Shown: piece by piece, positions 1 through 8,350 of the stretch | How positions within the stretch are numbered: position 1 is the first letter of the stretch | Layout of the letters: each line of letters begins with the position of its first letter | Origin: an uncultured Candidatus Micrarchaeota archaeon | Lineage (GTDB): Archaea; Micrarchaeota; Micrarchaeia; Anstonellales; Bilamarchaeaceae | Direction of reading: 5' to 3' | NCBI GenBank assembly: GCA_903828955.1 | Contig: CAIKOA010000008.1 | Coordinates: 36,813 to 100,812 of the forward strand | Length of the DNA: 64,000 nucleotides | The notes under the pieces: model-generated | Databases searched by the model: none | What the model was told of the DNA's origin: nothing | The model's input: the letters and a program-made list of their open reading frames with translations, nothing else | Position numbers and translations under genes: made by a program

Positions 1-410
1 AGCACCGGGATGAAATCCCCCCCGCAGTCTTTCTTCATCTTCTCCATAAGGAGGTAGTTCTCCAGTTCCAGGTCGAAATAGCTTTCCTTGAGCGCATCAT
101 CATGGAGCCCCCTTACTGTTTCCAGGTATTCCAGCCTGTCCCCGATAAGCTGCCTCTCAGAATTCACGGTTTCCAGTTTCTCAGAGTAAATCGGGCAGAA
201 CGCAGTGGTATTCTCCTCCATAAGCAACATTATCCTGGAAAGGTAGAGATCCTGCTCAACAGTCCTCAATTCAGAATCCACGTTGGCTTTAGCGCTCTCA
301 TCAATGACCATCCCCACATAGATTCCAAGGGAAAAAATCGCAACTGTAACAACGAATGCAATAAGGTAAATATTGAGGCTCAGTTCCCGCTTTAATTTCT
401 CTATCGCCAT
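1..410 (-). CDS. Partial CDS (N-terminal part; continues past window start): membrane protein, one N-terminal TM helix
   Basis: Reverse complement of 410..1 reads ATG GCG ATA GAG... = MAIEKLKRELSLNIYLIAFVVTVAIFSLGIYVGMVIDESAKANVD... with no stop before the window edge. GGTGA precedes the ATG. Not in the ORF track because it is truncated by the window. Confidence 0.4.
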   Translation of the reverse strand, partial: MAIEKLKRELSLNIYLIAFVVTVAIFSLGIYVGMVIDESAKANVDSELRTVEQDLYLSRIMLLMEENTTAFCPIYSEKLETVNSERQLIGDRLEYLETVRGLHDDALKESYFDLELENYLLMEKMKKDCGGDFIPV

Positions 411-584
411 CTCTTCACCGGTTTATTTCTTTGCGCGCTTTCTTGGTTTTCCCCTTTCCCTTTTAATTCCTGCGGTCAGCACCCCGGTTTCCCGCCCAAA
501 GAGGTCCGGCTCGCGCTTCTTAAGTTTCTTCTTGAAAATCTCCAATTCCGCATACACGTCCTTTATCTCAGCCAAATCCCGCAC

Positions 585-812
585 CTATATTTTCTGCGCA
601 ACCGCAAAGCTCCTCTTCAGTTCGGTAATGCGTATGCGCACCACTTCGCCTTTCTGCCCGCCCTGCACAAATATCACAAATCCATCCTTTTTCGCAATCC
701 CGTCCCCCTTTCCGCCCACCGCATTGACCGTGACTTCAAACTCGTCCCCCATCTTCACGGGTTTTGGAAGTTCAGGAATAACCTTCCGCTGCGGCGCCGC
801 TCCTTCAGGCAC
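585..812 (-). CDS. TRAM-domain RNA-binding protein (small, stand-alone)
   Basis: C-terminal 55 aa (KMGDEFEVTVNAVGGKGDGIAKKDGFVIFVQGGQKGEVVRIRITELKRSFAVAQKI) match the archaeal TRAM fold pattern (G-KGDG-A--DGFVIFV---GE-V-V-I). The listed ORF 585..1064 has a low-complexity N-terminal extension. The real start is probably a GTG/ATG between 752 and 812. Confidence 0.6.
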   Translation of the reverse strand: MPEGAAPQRKVIPELPKPVKMGDEFEVTVNAVGGKGDGIAKKDGFVIFVQGGQKGEVVRIRITELKRSFAVAQKI

Positions 813-912
813 TATCTGCTCGTCCACCTCATTCACCCTTCCCAAACTGCCTTCCAGGAGAAAACTTAAATATTTATACCCCCTCCCCCCAATAACGGAA
901 AAGGGTGTTCCT

Positions 913-1503
913 ATGTCTGGAGACGATGAAAAGAAAAGAAAGAGAGTATTTGATCCCTTCGGAAGGGACGACGACATCTTCAGCATGGGCTTTGGAAGCG
1001 AAATGGATGGCATGATGGAAAGAATGCGCGAGGATATGAAGCGCATGATGGAAGGGATGTCCATGCACCTGGATGACGATCAAATAAAGCGCCTTTCCCA
1101 GGACCGCAACGTCCGCGTTTACGGATACTCGATGCGCATGGGCCCTGATGGAAAGCCCCAAATAATGGAATTTGGGAATGTCTCCCCCACAAAAATGGAA
1201 AAGGGCAGGAAGATGCGCCCCCCTCAAGAGGGAGAGGAAGGCGAAGAGGAATCCAAAAAAGAACCCGGAGAGCGCGAGCCCCTCGTAGACATAATCCAGC
1301 AGAAGGACAAGCTCACCGTAATCGCAGAACTTCCCGGAGTCGCGGAAAAAGACATAAAGATAAACGCAAGCGGAAAAAACCTCGAAATCCGAGTGGATTC
1401 CGGCGAGAGAAAATACGCGCGCAAGCTCGAGCTCCCGCGTTCAGTCGACCCAAAGAAAATGCAGAAGAAATACAACAACGGGGTTCTGGAACTCAGTTTC
1501 TAA
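913..1503 (+). CDS. Small heat-shock protein, Hsp20/alpha-crystallin family
   Basis: The C-terminal alpha-crystallin domain (PLVDIIQQKDKLTVIAELPGVAEKDIKINASGKNLEIRVDSGERKYARKLELPRSVDPKKMQKKYNNGVLELSF) carries the I-x-I/V-like C-terminal motif. The first 180 codons of ORF 373..1503 are low-complexity and were rejected. Start taken as ATG 913 (MSGDDEKK). Confidence 0.75.
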   Translation: MSGDDEKKRKRVFDPFGRDDDIFSMGFGSEMDGMMERMREDMKRMMEGMSMHLDDDQIKRLSQDRNVRVYGYSMRMGPDGKPQIMEFGNVSPTKMEKGRKMRPPQEGEEGEEESKKEPGEREPLVDIIQQKDKLTVIAELPGVAEKDIKINASGKNLEIRVDSGERKYARKLELPRSVDPKKMQKKYNNGVLELSF

Positions 1504-1524
1504 CGCAGCGGAAAAGGCGCAAGA

Positions 1525-1830
1525 TTATTCCAGCCCCAATTGCTTCTTCCCTTCTGCAGAAATCTTATCAGGGTTCCAGGGAGGGTCCCAGGCAAGCTGC
1601 ACGACCACTTCCTCAACCCCGTTTATTTTTCCAACCCTCTCCTCCACTTCCGAAACAATATACTGGAGAAGCGGGCACGCAGGAGTAGTGAAAGTCATCT
1701 TCACGGTTACCTTCTTCCCGTTTACCTTTACTCCATAAATCAAGCCAAGATCCACAATATTTATCCCAAGCTCTGGGTCCAACACACTCCGAAGTGAATC
1801 CAGCACATCCTTATCGGAAACCATGCTCAT
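1525..1830 (-). CDS. Fe-S cluster assembly protein, MIP18/DUF59 (SufT/PaaD-like) family
   Basis: DUF59 signature: VLDSLRSVLDPELGINIVDLGLIYGVKVNG-KVTVKMTFTTPACPL. Confidence 0.8.
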   Translation of the reverse strand: MSMVSDKDVLDSLRSVLDPELGINIVDLGLIYGVKVNGKKVTVKMTFTTPACPLLQYIVSEVEERVGKINGVEEVVVQLAWDPPWNPDKISAEGKKQLGLE

Positions 1831-2399
1831 TTATGCTCCTTGGAAGCATAAGGCTTCAGAAGCCTCTTCGCCTTGAAGAGCGCAGCCTCGATGCTTTTCT
1901 CATCCCGGGACCCTGCGCAAATCACTTTCCCGTTCTTGAAAAGAAGAAGCGATGCTTTCGGGTCCCTGAATTTCAGAATCGCTCCCGGGAACTGCTCAGG
2001 CTCGTACTCCACATCCTCGACTTCATATGCAATTGTATAGAGGTCCAGGCTCATCCCTAAACTCGCAGAAGCAACGATGTTTGTAATTTCGAATTTCGGG
2101 TTCTTCTGCTTCTTGAATATCTTTTTTGCCTTTGGAGTAAGAAGCTTAAGCGTTCTAAAAAGCGTCTTCTCAATCGCGGCCTTTGTCTTGCACCCCACGC
2201 AAACAACCTTCCCGTTCTTGAAGAGAAGAAGGGTCGCTTTCGGGTCGTCAAACTTCAAAATCGCCCCAGGGAACTGCTCAGGCTCATATTCTATCCCGGG
2301 TATTTCGCTCGCAAGCAAAAAGAGGTCAAGCTCAAGCCCCAGGTTAGAAGAAGCAACCATGTTAGTAACTTTGTATTCAATTCCGCCTTTTGTAGGCAT
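1827..2399 (-). CDS. tbp: TATA-box binding protein
   Basis: Two direct repeats of the TBP fold: NMVASSNLGLELDL...EYEPEQFPGAILKF and NIVASASLGMSLDL...EYEPEQFPGAILKF. About 190 aa, as in archaeal TBP. Confidence 0.95.
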   Translation of the reverse strand: MPTKGGIEYKVTNMVASSNLGLELDLFLLASEIPGIEYEPEQFPGAILKFDDPKATLLLFKNGKVVCVGCKTKAAIEKTLFRTLKLLTPKAKKIFKKQKNPKFEITNIVASASLGMSLDLYTIAYEVEDVEYEPEQFPGAILKFRDPKASLLLFKNGKVICAGSRDEKSIEAALFKAKRLLKPYASKEHK

Positions 2400-2543
2400 A
2401 ATTCCACCCTTTTTAAACTATAGACGAAAGCCTTTTAAAGGCTTTATAAATAAAGACATGTGCCCTAATTCTGGCATTTCCAGCCGGAGGGTTGGATAAG
2501 CATTTAAAAATGGGGCAGCATAAAATATTGAAAAGGTGGGAAA

Positions 2544-2819
2544 ATGAGACATTCGAAAGGGTTCCTTACGAAGAGGACCAGGAGCCTAAAAAAGAAAAGG
2601 ACCCTCACAGTCTGTGACAGGGTGCGCACGTTCAAGGTGGATGATCGGGTACTGATAAACGTAAAGCCCTACAGGGAAGGCATGCCCTCCCCGCGCTACA
2701 ACGGAAAGAGCGGCAGGATTGTAGAGCGGCGTGGAAATGCCTACGTAGTGCAAATCCAGGACGGAAGGATGGCAAAGACGCTGGTCGCTTCCCCGCTTCA
2801 CCTGAGGGTGCTCAAATGA
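2544..2819 (+). CDS. rpl21e: 50S ribosomal protein L21e
   Basis: MRHSKGFLTKRTRSLKKKRT...; length 91 aa; conserved L21e-RpoF-DUF655 gene order. Confidence 0.9.
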   Translation: MRHSKGFLTKRTRSLKKKRTLTVCDRVRTFKVDDRVLINVKPYREGMPSPRYNGKSGRIVERRGNAYVVQIQDGRMAKTLVASPLHLRVLK

Positions 2820-3142
2820 AGGTAATCTCCACTTCCCCGGTTCCCCTTTCCCTTGTGAAGGAGGTTCTTGAGAAGAGGGCAGAATCCGGCGAGGAGCTCG
2901 GCTACGAGCAGGCAAACGCGTTAGAGCACGCAAAGGAGTTCTCCAAGCTGGAATCCAAGAAAGTGCTCTCGCTTGCAGGAAAGCTCAGGAAGGCGGTTCC
3001 GCAGCTAAACGAGGACACTTCGGTGAAGCTTGCGGAGATTTCGCCCTCCACTCCCGCGCTGGTGCGCGCGATCGCGCTCTACCAGAAGGTTGAGCTCAAA
3101 GATGAAGAAGTGGCAGCAATACTCAAAACAATAACGGGGTAA
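2816..3142 (+). CDS. rpoF: DNA-directed RNA polymerase subunit F (Rpo4)
   Basis: 108 aa, 4-nt start overlap with L21e. Pattern E-A-ALEHAKEF-KL...ILK typical of Rpo4. Position between L21e and DUF655 matches the conserved archaeal cluster. Confidence 0.7.
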   Translation: MKVISTSPVPLSLVKEVLEKRAESGEELGYEQANALEHAKEFSKLESKKVLSLAGKLRKAVPQLNEDTSVKLAEISPSTPALVRAIALYQKVELKDEEVAAILKTITG

Positions 3143-3146
3143 ACGT

Positions 3147-3695
3147 ATGGAAGATTATGCCTGGGTGGTCGAATACATGTCGGCCGGAAAGGCCTCGGAC
3201 TCAAGGAAGGAATCCATTGTCCAGCTTGTGGGCCATAATTTTTTCACCCTCCTTGAGGCGAGCGTTAAGCCGAATGCGTCCATGGTGGTCGGCAACAAGG
3301 TATTCGTAGGCAAGGGGGAACGCAGCGAAATCGACAGAATAAAGGGAAGGATCGTATACACCCAGCTCACTAACGGCGCGCAGGAAATCCTGCCGACAGT
3401 CCTTCGCAGGATAATCGAAGAGCGCAGCGACCTCTTCCTGAACTTCATGAACAAGGCAGCGCCCATCTCAATGAGGGTGCACCAGCTTGACCTTCTTCCT
3501 GGGATAGGAAAAAGGAACATGGAGGAAATCCTCAAAGAGAGGGAAAAAGGCCCATTTGCTGATTTTGCAGACCTCAAGAAGAGGGTTCCGACCCTTGCAG
3601 ACCCTATCGGGATATTCGTGCACAGGATAGTCTCTGAATTGGAAGGCAAGGAGCGCTACTACTTATTCACGAAGCCGCCCCAGCGTGCATTCTGA
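3147..3695 (+). CDS. DUF655-family protein (predicted RNA-binding, HhH-containing)
   Basis: 182 aa. The VKPNASMVVGNKVFVGKG...LLPGIGKRNMEEIL motif resembles DUF655. Position after rpoF as in many archaea. Confidence 0.7.
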   Translation: MEDYAWVVEYMSAGKASDSRKESIVQLVGHNFFTLLEASVKPNASMVVGNKVFVGKGERSEIDRIKGRIVYTQLTNGAQEILPTVLRRIIEERSDLFLNFMNKAAPISMRVHQLDLLPGIGKRNMEEILKEREKGPFADFADLKKRVPTLADPIGIFVHRIVSELEGKERYYLFTKPPQRAF

Positions 3696-3904
3696 TTCCA
3701 AACCGCGGAGGGGGAGCACCCCCTCCCCAGTTTTAGGTTAATCCTGACCCTCCCCCCAATCATGAGTATCATCCTCATGAAAAGCCCCAAGGATATGTTG
3801 TTGCGCTTGCGCGCCCCAGCATATCCCTCTCCAATCGGAGAAGGTTGCCGCGATTGCGGCACTCTTTAAATCAGTTTGCGTCAAATAAATGCTCACGCTT
3901 TCAA

Positions 3905-3977
3905 GAGCCCGTGGTCTAGCGGTCAAGACGCCAGCCTTACACGCTGGATATCCCCGGTTCGAATCCGGGCGGGCTCA
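3905..3977 (+). tRNA. tRNA-Val (anticodon TAC)
   Basis: Cloverleaf by hand: acceptor GAGCCCG/CGGGCTC, anticodon arm CCAGC-CTTACAC-GCTGG, T-arm CCCGG-TTCGAAT-CCGGG, discriminator A. No encoded CCA. Confidence 0.85.
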
Positions 3978-4045
3978 TCTGCCCTTTCTTTTTGCAAAAA
4001 GAAAGGGCCGGTTCCCCCAAAGAAAAAGCATTATCGGATATTACT
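3978..4045. repeat. Interspersed A/T-hairpin repeat, copy A, immediately 3' of tRNA-Val
   Basis: Perfect palindrome ccctttctttttgc/gcaaaaagaaaggg followed by cccaaagaaaaagcattatcggatattac. Related copies at 6771, 9351 (inverted), 10616, 29565 and 47326. Confidence 0.7.
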
Positions 4046-4228
4046 CTTAATTTCCTTTTGCAACTCTTTGTACATCTCCTGACGTCGCCCTCGCAACTCC
4101 TTGTGCATCTCCTTACGCTTCTCATTCCTTGATAGTTATTCATAAAAAGTCATTAATAGCAACATTTATATACTTCAATTGAGTAATCATAATGCGGGAT
4201 CGCATTACGCACAAGCACGGTTGTTATT

Positions 4229-5269
4229 ATGGCAGTATTAATGGCAAAAAAGCATCAGCCAAAAAATAGCAGGCAGCCCAGCATGCATGCGGCCCCCAAA
4301 ATCATGGAGCCGGAAAGGCTAAAACCTTCCAAATCCCTGGATTACCGGAAGTTTGACGGCCAAATAATCTCCGTAATCGATTCAGCAATGATCGAAGGCG
4401 CCGGTGAACCACTGGTAAATGACAACACATATTTTTTCGATCCGGCAAGCGGAAAGTATGCGACTTCCAATTATTGGTTTAGAGCTTGCGTATTGCAGGC
4501 AATTATGAATTTCGAACAGCACATGTTTGGGAGGATCAGGCACCCGGAATATAAGGAAAGGTTAGGATTTGAGCTTGAGCATGCACATGAAACCTTGCAG
4601 AAAGAATTTTTACCAATTATCATGGAGGGCCGTCTCAAAATGAGCCTGCTTATAGATTCCCCCGGCGGGGATATCGAGATGTGTTACCTGTTTCAGGCCA
4701 TGGTTCATGATGTTCAAAAAAGAGGAGGCCATGTAGACGCGTACGTTGATACCAAAGCACATAGCGCGGGAGCGCGTTTGTTTCTACAATCCAACAGGAG
4801 ATTCGCGCATAGCGGGTCAGCCATGCTGATACATGACGCCTATGATGAAATAACTGGGGAAGACGTAAAAGATAGAACGTACGGCTCCCGTGTCCATACC
4901 CTAGAATTATTGGAGAAAGCATGCAATCCGCGTAAGATCTGGCAGCTTAGAACATACGACTTTGAGAGGAGGCTAGAAAACCTAGAGAGAATCCAGTCAG
5001 GAGATCCTTACGCAATCACAGGAAGACCTACGGATGTAGAATTTTCAGCCTCAGAACTGAAAGGCTTTGGCATCGCAAGAGTGCTTCCTGATTTAGATGC
5101 ACTGATGCAAATGTTCTTCCTGGAAACAGGGACCAATCCAGAGGAAATCAGGGACCAGATGCGTTTGATTCATTCATTGGGGAGGCCGGGGTTTAAAGAA
5201 AAACCGGAGCATATAGAACCAGTTGCACAATTCTACATCAATGCTTTGGAGCGCGAAGGCTCAGTCTAG
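4229..5269 (+). CDS. ClpP/crotonase-fold serine peptidase-like protein (S14/S49-like)
   Basis: LLIDSPGGDIEMCYLFQAMVHD...DTKAHSAGARLFL matches the ClpP-fold SPGG and Ser-containing AxSAG motifs. TATA-like catttatatact about 50 nt upstream. Start codon uncertain (alternative Met at MHAAPK). Confidence 0.5.
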   Translation: MAVLMAKKHQPKNSRQPSMHAAPKIMEPERLKPSKSLDYRKFDGQIISVIDSAMIEGAGEPLVNDNTYFFDPASGKYATSNYWFRACVLQAIMNFEQHMFGRIRHPEYKERLGFELEHAHETLQKEFLPIIMEGRLKMSLLIDSPGGDIEMCYLFQAMVHDVQKRGGHVDAYVDTKAHSAGARLFLQSNRRFAHSGSAMLIHDAYDEITGEDVKDRTYGSRVHTLELLEKACNPRKIWQLRTYDFERRLENLERIQSGDPYAITGRPTDVEFSASELKGFGIARVLPDLDALMQMFFLETGTNPEEIRDQMRLIHSLGRPGFKEKPEHIEPVAQFYINALEREGSV

Positions 5270-5337
5270 AGGACATCCTTGCAATTTTTCCGAAAGCCGT
5301 TTAAAATGAAATAATTAATCCAATATCGGGAGTTTTT

Positions 5338-6753
5338 ATGGGAGAAAGCAAATTCGTTAACGACAAGATAGCGGAATTGGAAAAAGAATTGGAACTTCTC
5401 AAATCCACCCCCAGTGAAGAGGAATATTTCAGGAAAAGAAGCAGCGCCCGGGTAAAAATGCGCGCAGAGCAGATGATGGCCGCCAAGAACCAGGCTTTCG
5501 ACACCGTCGCCCTCTGGGGTCTATATGGAAAAGAAGACATAAAGCGCTACAAATGCTTCACCCTCCCCCTCTTCATGACAACCGCAGGCGGCTCTTACGA
5601 TAGCTTACTTGATGGCGCCCTCCTCCTCTCCTACCAAACCACAAACGACCCGAATAAGGTTTACAGCAGAATCGACAATGTAAACTCCGACCACCTCGCG
5701 TGGAAGTTCGCAGCCTTAGAAGGTTTAGGCTCCCCGGAACTCACCCAGGGCCTCTGCACCTCTTCCGGAATGTCTGCAATCCTCATGACCACAATGGCCT
5801 TCCTTGAGCCCGGTGACAACTTCGTTTCCTCCAACCGCGTTTACGGAGGCACGGAGCAGCTCTTCAACATCACTTACCCGAAATCCGGCTGGAAGGTTAA
5901 ATGGATTACCGAGCCCTGGGACCTTAGAAAATGGGAATCGAAAATAGATGAAAAAACCAAATTCCTATACGTTGAATCCCCGAGCAACCCAACCCTTTTC
6001 GTTGCAGATATTCCCGCGCTCGCAAAGCTTGCGCACTCGCACGGAATTCCGCTAATAGTCGATTCCACTTTAGCCAGCCCAGCGCTCATGCGCCCCCTTG
6101 AACACGGCGCAGACATCGTACTGCATTCCATCTCAAAGGTTTCCAATGGAAGCTGCAGGGCAATCGGCGGCGTAATAGTCGCCAAGGATAAGATCGTAAC
6201 CAAAAATCCCGCCATCGCGCAGGATTTCGTAAACAAATTAAAAGGAGGCCATTTCCGCAACATGGGCCCCTGCCTCTCCCCGTTCAATTCAATGCTGATT
6301 TGGGACGAAATGAGCACAATTAGGATTAGAATGAAGGAGCACTGCGAAAAGGCAATGAAGATTGCAAATTTCCTTAAAACCCACCCAATGATTGAGGCGG
6401 TCAATTACCCCGGGCTCCCCACCCACCCGCAACACGAAGTCGCAAAGAGGCTCATGAAGCTTCCCGACGGCACAAACGGCTACGGCTACCTTCTCTCATT
6501 CAACATAAAGGGAGGCCTGGAAAAAGCGAAGAAATTCGCAGAAGCATTCGATTTCGGAGTCCAGGTTACCCATCTGGGCGGAAGCTACACAGTCTGGGTA
6601 CACAACGCCACAACCACACATGCCCAGATGAGCTCCGAAGAAAGGAAATCCGCAGGAGTTCTCGACAACATGATCCGCTATTCCGTGGGGCTGGAAGGCG
6701 CGGATGACGCAATCAAGGCGCTGGAAAAGGCGCTGGACAAAATCAAGGATTAA
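5338..6753 (+). CDS. PLP-dependent Cys/Met-metabolism enzyme (O-acetylhomoserine sulfhydrylase / cystathionine gamma-synthase family)
   Basis: Fold-type I PLP enzyme pattern: GLCTSSGMSAI...LHSISKVSNGS (Schiff-base Lys) ...; about 470 aa. Confidence 0.75.
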   Translation: MGESKFVNDKIAELEKELELLKSTPSEEEYFRKRSSARVKMRAEQMMAAKNQAFDTVALWGLYGKEDIKRYKCFTLPLFMTTAGGSYDSLLDGALLLSYQTTNDPNKVYSRIDNVNSDHLAWKFAALEGLGSPELTQGLCTSSGMSAILMTTMAFLEPGDNFVSSNRVYGGTEQLFNITYPKSGWKVKWITEPWDLRKWESKIDEKTKFLYVESPSNPTLFVADIPALAKLAHSHGIPLIVDSTLASPALMRPLEHGADIVLHSISKVSNGSCRAIGGVIVAKDKIVTKNPAIAQDFVNKLKGGHFRNMGPCLSPFNSMLIWDEMSTIRIRMKEHCEKAMKIANFLKTHPMIEAVNYPGLPTHPQHEVAKRLMKLPDGTNGYGYLLSFNIKGGLEKAKKFAEAFDFGVQVTHLGGSYTVWVHNATTTHAQMSSEERKSAGVLDNMIRYSVGLEGADDAIKALEKALDKIKD

Positions 6754-6770
6754 GCCTCCGCATCAGTACT

Positions 6771-6836
6771 ATCCGATACTGTTTTTCTTTTGCGTCCTGC
6801 CAGACTTTTCTTTTTACAAAAAGAAAAGGGTGGCAT
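6771..6836. repeat. Interspersed A/T-hairpin repeat, copy B
   Basis: gatactgtttttcttttgcgtcctgccagacttttctttttacaaaaagaaaaggg. Near-identical to the reverse complement of 9351..9412. Confidence 0.7.
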
Positions 6837-6873
6837 CCAATTCCTTTTTTAATTTACACTTCAATAGAGGAGC

Positions 6874-7548
6874 ATGTCAGTCGTAATATCTCTCGGCGGA
6901 AGCATGGTAAACGGAACAGGAATACCGGACGTGGAATTCCTGAAAAAATTCAAGTCCCTCCTTAAAGGAAAGGAAAAAGTCGCAATCGTAGTCGGAGGCG
7001 GAAAGGTCGCCCGCACCTATGTCGCAGCCGCATCAAATTTCTCAAAGAATTCGTACTGGAATGATGCGCTCGCAGTTGCAGGGACGCGCCTTAACGCGCA
7101 CCTGGTCGCCCGCGTTTTCGAAGAGGAAGCATCCCAACAGGTCTTCCACACATTTGAAGCAGCCGCTTCCTCCCTCTCAACCCACAGAATTGCAGTAATG
7201 GGAGGCACAATCCCCGGCATAACCACGGATACCGATTCAGTCCTGCTCGCAGAGGCAATCGGGGCAGACCGCCTCATAAACATAAGCAATGTGGACGGAG
7301 TTTACGATTCCGACCCGGCAAAGAACCCGAATGCAAAGATGTTCAAGTCCATGACGCACGCGCAGCTCATCGACCTTGCAAATTCCTCGGACAACCGCGC
7401 CCCCGGCACCCACTTCGTATTCGACATGGTTGCATGCAAACTCATTGCAAGAAGCGGCATAGAGCTCCATTTCGTAGGCGGAAAGAACATCGACGACCTC
7501 CCAAAGGCAATGGAAGGAAAAACCCACAGGGGAACCGTAATCAAGTAA
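6874..7548 (+). CDS. pyrH: UMP kinase, archaeal type (amino-acid kinase fold)
   Basis: ISLGGS...VVGGG...GGTIPGITTDTDSVLLAE...; about 224 aa, typical for archaeal PyrH. Confidence 0.75.
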   Translation: MSVVISLGGSMVNGTGIPDVEFLKKFKSLLKGKEKVAIVVGGGKVARTYVAAASNFSKNSYWNDALAVAGTRLNAHLVARVFEEEASQQVFHTFEAAASSLSTHRIAVMGGTIPGITTDTDSVLLAEAIGADRLINISNVDGVYDSDPAKNPNAKMFKSMTHAQLIDLANSSDNRAPGTHFVFDMVACKLIARSGIELHFVGGKNIDDLPKAMEGKTHRGTVIK

Positions 7549-7593
7549 TCGGGAGCAAAATAAAAACGGGAAAATTAAAAAGAAAAAATTTCT

Positions 7594-8310
7594 TTATTTT
7601 GTCTTCACGAACTTGAGCACTTCCTTATCAGTCATTGTCGTGAATTTCGCATCTCCCTTATACGCATAAGCAATCTCAAGGTTCTCAGGCCCAATCTTGC
7701 CTTCGCTGTACTTCTTGAGCGCCTCAATCGCAACCCCTATTGCGGAATCCAGCTTCATCTCCGGGGTATAATTCGCCTCGAGGTATTCATCCACTTCCTT
7801 TTTCGAATTCCCAATCGAATCCCCGAAATAACCGGTCATTGCCCCGCTGGGTTCAGCCTCGAAGAGCTCCGGCCCATTTGGCCCGATTCCCGCAATAAGA
7901 AGGGATACTCCGAATGGGCGGATTCCCCCATACTGGGTGTAAAGCTGCATTATGTCGCAGACCCCCCTTGCAATTGATTCAGGGGAAGCCGGCTCGTTGT
8001 AGGTAAGCCTGTGCCTCTGCGCGTTGCCTCTCGCAACCTCGACAAGCTTCCTTGCATCCGCAATAAGCCCGCTTGCAGTTATGCAGATATTATCATCTAT
8101 CTCGAAAACCTTCTTCAATGAGTCCGGCACAATCAATTTTGAGTGGGTGCTCCGGTAGGCAATTAATGCAACCCCTTCCCTTGTGGCAACCCCCATCGCG
8201 GTTGCCCCCCTTTTCACTGCCTCTTTTGCATACTCGACCTGGAAAAGCCTTCCATCCGGGCTGAATACGGTAATTGCCCTGTCATAAGCTTGCGGTGTAA
8301 CTCCATACAT
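7594..8310 (-). CDS. psmA: Proteasome subunit alpha
   Basis: N-terminal YDRAITVFSPDGRLFQVEYA is the hallmark of 20S proteasome alpha subunits. Confidence 0.95.
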   Translation of the reverse strand: MYGVTPQAYDRAITVFSPDGRLFQVEYAKEAVKRGATAMGVATREGVALIAYRSTHSKLIVPDSLKKVFEIDDNICITASGLIADARKLVEVARGNAQRHRLTYNEPASPESIARGVCDIMQLYTQYGGIRPFGVSLLIAGIGPNGPELFEAEPSGAMTGYFGDSIGNSKKEVDEYLEANYTPEMKLDSAIGVAIEALKKYSEGKIGPENLEIAYAYKGDAKFTTMTDKEVLKFVKTK

Positions 8311-8350
8311 AATAAAGCACCTCTTTGGTTAGGATTGGAATATAGGGTTT

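Noticed and set aside
373-912. N-terminal 180 codons of ORF 373..1503 upstream of the Hsp20 domain
   Set aside because: Ser/Pro/Phe-rich low-complexity sequence that overlaps the TRAM gene on the other strand. Hsp20 start placed at ATG 913.
6704-6886. Possibility that the interspersed repeat encodes a conserved peptide (DTVFLL[RG].., seen in ORFs 6704..6886, 9292..9729 and the 47-aa MFK ORF)
   Set aside because: Copies differ by 1-nt indels (cttttcttttt versus ctttcttttt) that shift the frame between sub-families, and copies occur in both orientations. Conservation is at the nucleotide/hairpin level, so the element is interpreted as non-coding.
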